From Candidatus Falkowbacteria bacterium (GTDB lineage: Bacteria; Patescibacteriota; Patescibacteriia; Patescibacteriales; UBA12465): a stretch of 64,000 bases of DNA. The stretch's first letter is position 1. The number at the start of each line of letters is the position of its first letter. Under the pieces are notes generated by a model. That model was given only the letters and a program-made list of their open reading frames with translations. It ran no database searches and was not told the DNA's origin. This document shows positions 62,777 to 64,000 of the stretch, one piece after another. Position numbers and translations under genes: made by a program. The stretch covers positions 837,062 through 901,061 of the forward strand of contig CP066698.1 in NCBI GenBank assembly GCA_016432645.1, given 5' to 3'.

Positions 62777-63860
62777 TGCCGTTTTGGCCACTCAAATTTT
62801 TTCGGCTATTTTTGTAGCCCTATTACTGCTATCAATCCGTCGTCAGAAGGGTTTTGCCGGCCTATCGGTGGCCGTGACTCAAGAGTTGAAGGGCTTTGCG
62901 ATTCTCGCCATCGTTCTTTCCCATATCGGCTACTTTTTAGTTTCTGACCATCGTTTTTTGTTCCCACTAACCATTGCTGCCGGGCTGGGGGTTAATTTGT
63001 TTTTATTTTTATCAGGTTATGGAATTGCTACGAGTGCTATTTCTAAGCCGTTGTCGGTTTGGCAATTTTATCGTCATCGCTTATTGAAAATTTATACGCC
63101 TTTTTGGATAGTAGTGGTTATTTTTTTCGCTTTAGATTTTTTAATCGGCCATAAAACCTATGGGCTGGGGTATATGTTCCAGTCAATTATCGGCTTTTTT
63201 CCGCACGCCGATCTCTGGACAGACCTAAACTCCCCGCTTTGGTATTTTACCCTGATTATTTTTTACTATTTATTATTTCCCTTGGTATTTTTTAGAAAAT
63301 ACCCCTGTCCTTCAGCGGTAATTCTTTATTTAGCTGGTTATTTAATCGTCCGCGCCGAGCCGTCTATTTTAGATAATGTAATGCATCTATATCGAATCCA
63401 TTTATTTGCGTTCCCTCTGGGAGTGTTAGCCGCCGGTTTAGTGTCTAAATATCCAGGTAGCCGCCCTCAGTTAGTTATCCAAAAACTAACGGAAAAATTT
63501 AAGGACTATAAATTAGCAAATAAAATTGGCTACTGGTTGTTAATGATATTTTTTTCATGGTTATTCGTTTATGCCATGCGTCATTCTAGTATTGGCGGCG
63601 AGCGTTGGCTGGAAGAGGCGACTAGTTTATTGACGGGGGCAATTTTGATTATTTTATTTTTAATCAAGAAGTTTGAAATCAAATTTTTTTATTGGTTCGG
63701 CTTTTTTTCCTACGAAATTTATTTATTTCATTGGCCGCTTATGGCGCGCTTTGATATCTTTTACTGCTTTACGCCCGCTTGGCTGGCTACTCTCTTGTAT
63801 TTGGGGCTATTCTTGTTATTAGGTTGGGGAATGCGGAAGCTATTATCAAAATCTAAATAA
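62757..63860 (+). CDS. Acyltransferase-3 family membrane O-acyltransferase
   Basis: About 10 TM helices, with ELKGFAILAIVLSHIG near the N-terminus and SYEIYLFHWPL near the C-terminus. It overlaps the SGNH gene by 20 nt. Confidence 0.75.
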   Translation: MIISINNAVLATQIFSAIFVALLLLSIRRQKGFAGLSVAVTQELKGFAILAIVLSHIGYFLVSDHRFLFPLTIAAGLGVNLFLFLSGYGIATSAISKPLSVWQFYRHRLLKIYTPFWIVVVIFFALDFLIGHKTYGLGYMFQSIIGFFPHADLWTDLNSPLWYFTLIIFYYLLFPLVFFRKYPCPSAVILYLAGYLIVRAEPSILDNVMHLYRIHLFAFPLGVLAAGLVSKYPGSRPQLVIQKLTEKFKDYKLANKIGYWLLMIFFSWLFVYAMRHSSIGGERWLEEATSLLTGAILIILFLIKKFEIKFFYWFGFFSYEIYLFHWPLMARFDIFYCFTPAWLATLLYLGLFLLLGWGMRKLLSKSK

Positions 63861-63863
63861 AAA

Positions 63864-63894
63864 AGGACCTTTTTAGGGGTCCTGGGTATTTTTT
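63864..63894 (+). terminator. Candidate terminator
   Basis: Stem AGGACC (63864-63869) / GGTCCT (63878-63883), with a T-run at 63889-63894 after a 5-nt gap. Confidence 0.4.
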
Positions 63895-64000
63895 CTATGA
63901 TTGGCTTTATATTTTGCCCTTCAGAAAATAATAGATAATAACCAGAAATTCTCTGATTATAAATCGTAAGCGACTGCGCGTCCATGGTTGAACCGATTCT

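Noticed and set aside
63761-63985. 74-aa minus-strand ORF at the window end
   Set aside because: It overlaps the 3' end and terminator of the acyltransferase gene, has no motif, and runs into the window edge region. The support is insufficient.
1-64000. Alternative genetic code (UGA recoding, as in Gracilibacteria and Absconditabacteria)
   Set aside because: All conserved genes (ftsZ, secD, copA, nrdD body, purF and others) are full length under the standard code, with no internal UGA interruptions.

Overview
Low-GC bacterial chromosome segment. Spot counts of single 60-nt lines give about 40% GC in core genes, about 25-30% between 37 and 51 kb, and about 67% in one 150-nt patch. Genes are tightly packed and almost all sit on the + strand under the standard genetic code. 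Gene content suggests a Candidate Phyla Radiation / Patescibacteria-type organism; this is an inference. The supporting features are giant cysteine-rich surface proteins with a VirB2-like pilin N-terminus, a prepilin peptidase, anaerobic class III ribonucleotide reductase, and an otherwise minimal housekeeping set.

Layout:
- 1-12.3 kb: cell-surface cluster with a truncated ORF, 1903-aa and 1223-aa Cys-rich proteins, and small anchored proteins with TSP3-type Ca-binding repeats.
- 12.4-36.4 kb: housekeeping genes. These are clpP, secDF, a Wzy_C-TPR protein, pilD, ftsA, ftsZ, copA, nrdR-nrdD-nrdG, a coupling-protein-like ATPase, a DEDDh exonuclease, a GT2 synthase, an ftsB-like gene, tRNA-Thr and tRNA-Gly, an RlpA-DD-carboxypeptidase fusion, and ftsEX.
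- 36.5-39.1 kb: tRNA-Gln followed by five decaying copies of its own 3' end. Each copy is fused to a hairpin and a TATAAAT box, and the copies delimit single-gene modules. A 67%-GC structured element sits directly after the tRNA.
- 39.9-51.3 kb: AT-rich accessory block. It holds gpx, DUF2177, DUF1295, an FAD oxidoreductase, DUF1365 and a CFA-synthase-like gene (a lipid-modification cluster). It also holds two Nudix genes, two PEP-utilizer swivel-domain paralogs, an HExxH protein and a methyltransferase.
- 51.4-64 kb: purF, an RlpA-like gene, a MacAB-type efflux operon with marR, zur-znuACB, an SGNH hydrolase and an acyltransferase-3.

Most notable observations:
1. The tRNA-Gln-anchored repeat/cassette array and its GC-rich RNA-like element.
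2. A class III RNR whose glycyl-radical domain is a separate 46-codon ORF. It is absent from the supplied track. It lies in frame with nrdD but is separated from it by five stop codons.

No integrase, transposase or CRISPR array was recognised anywhere in the window.
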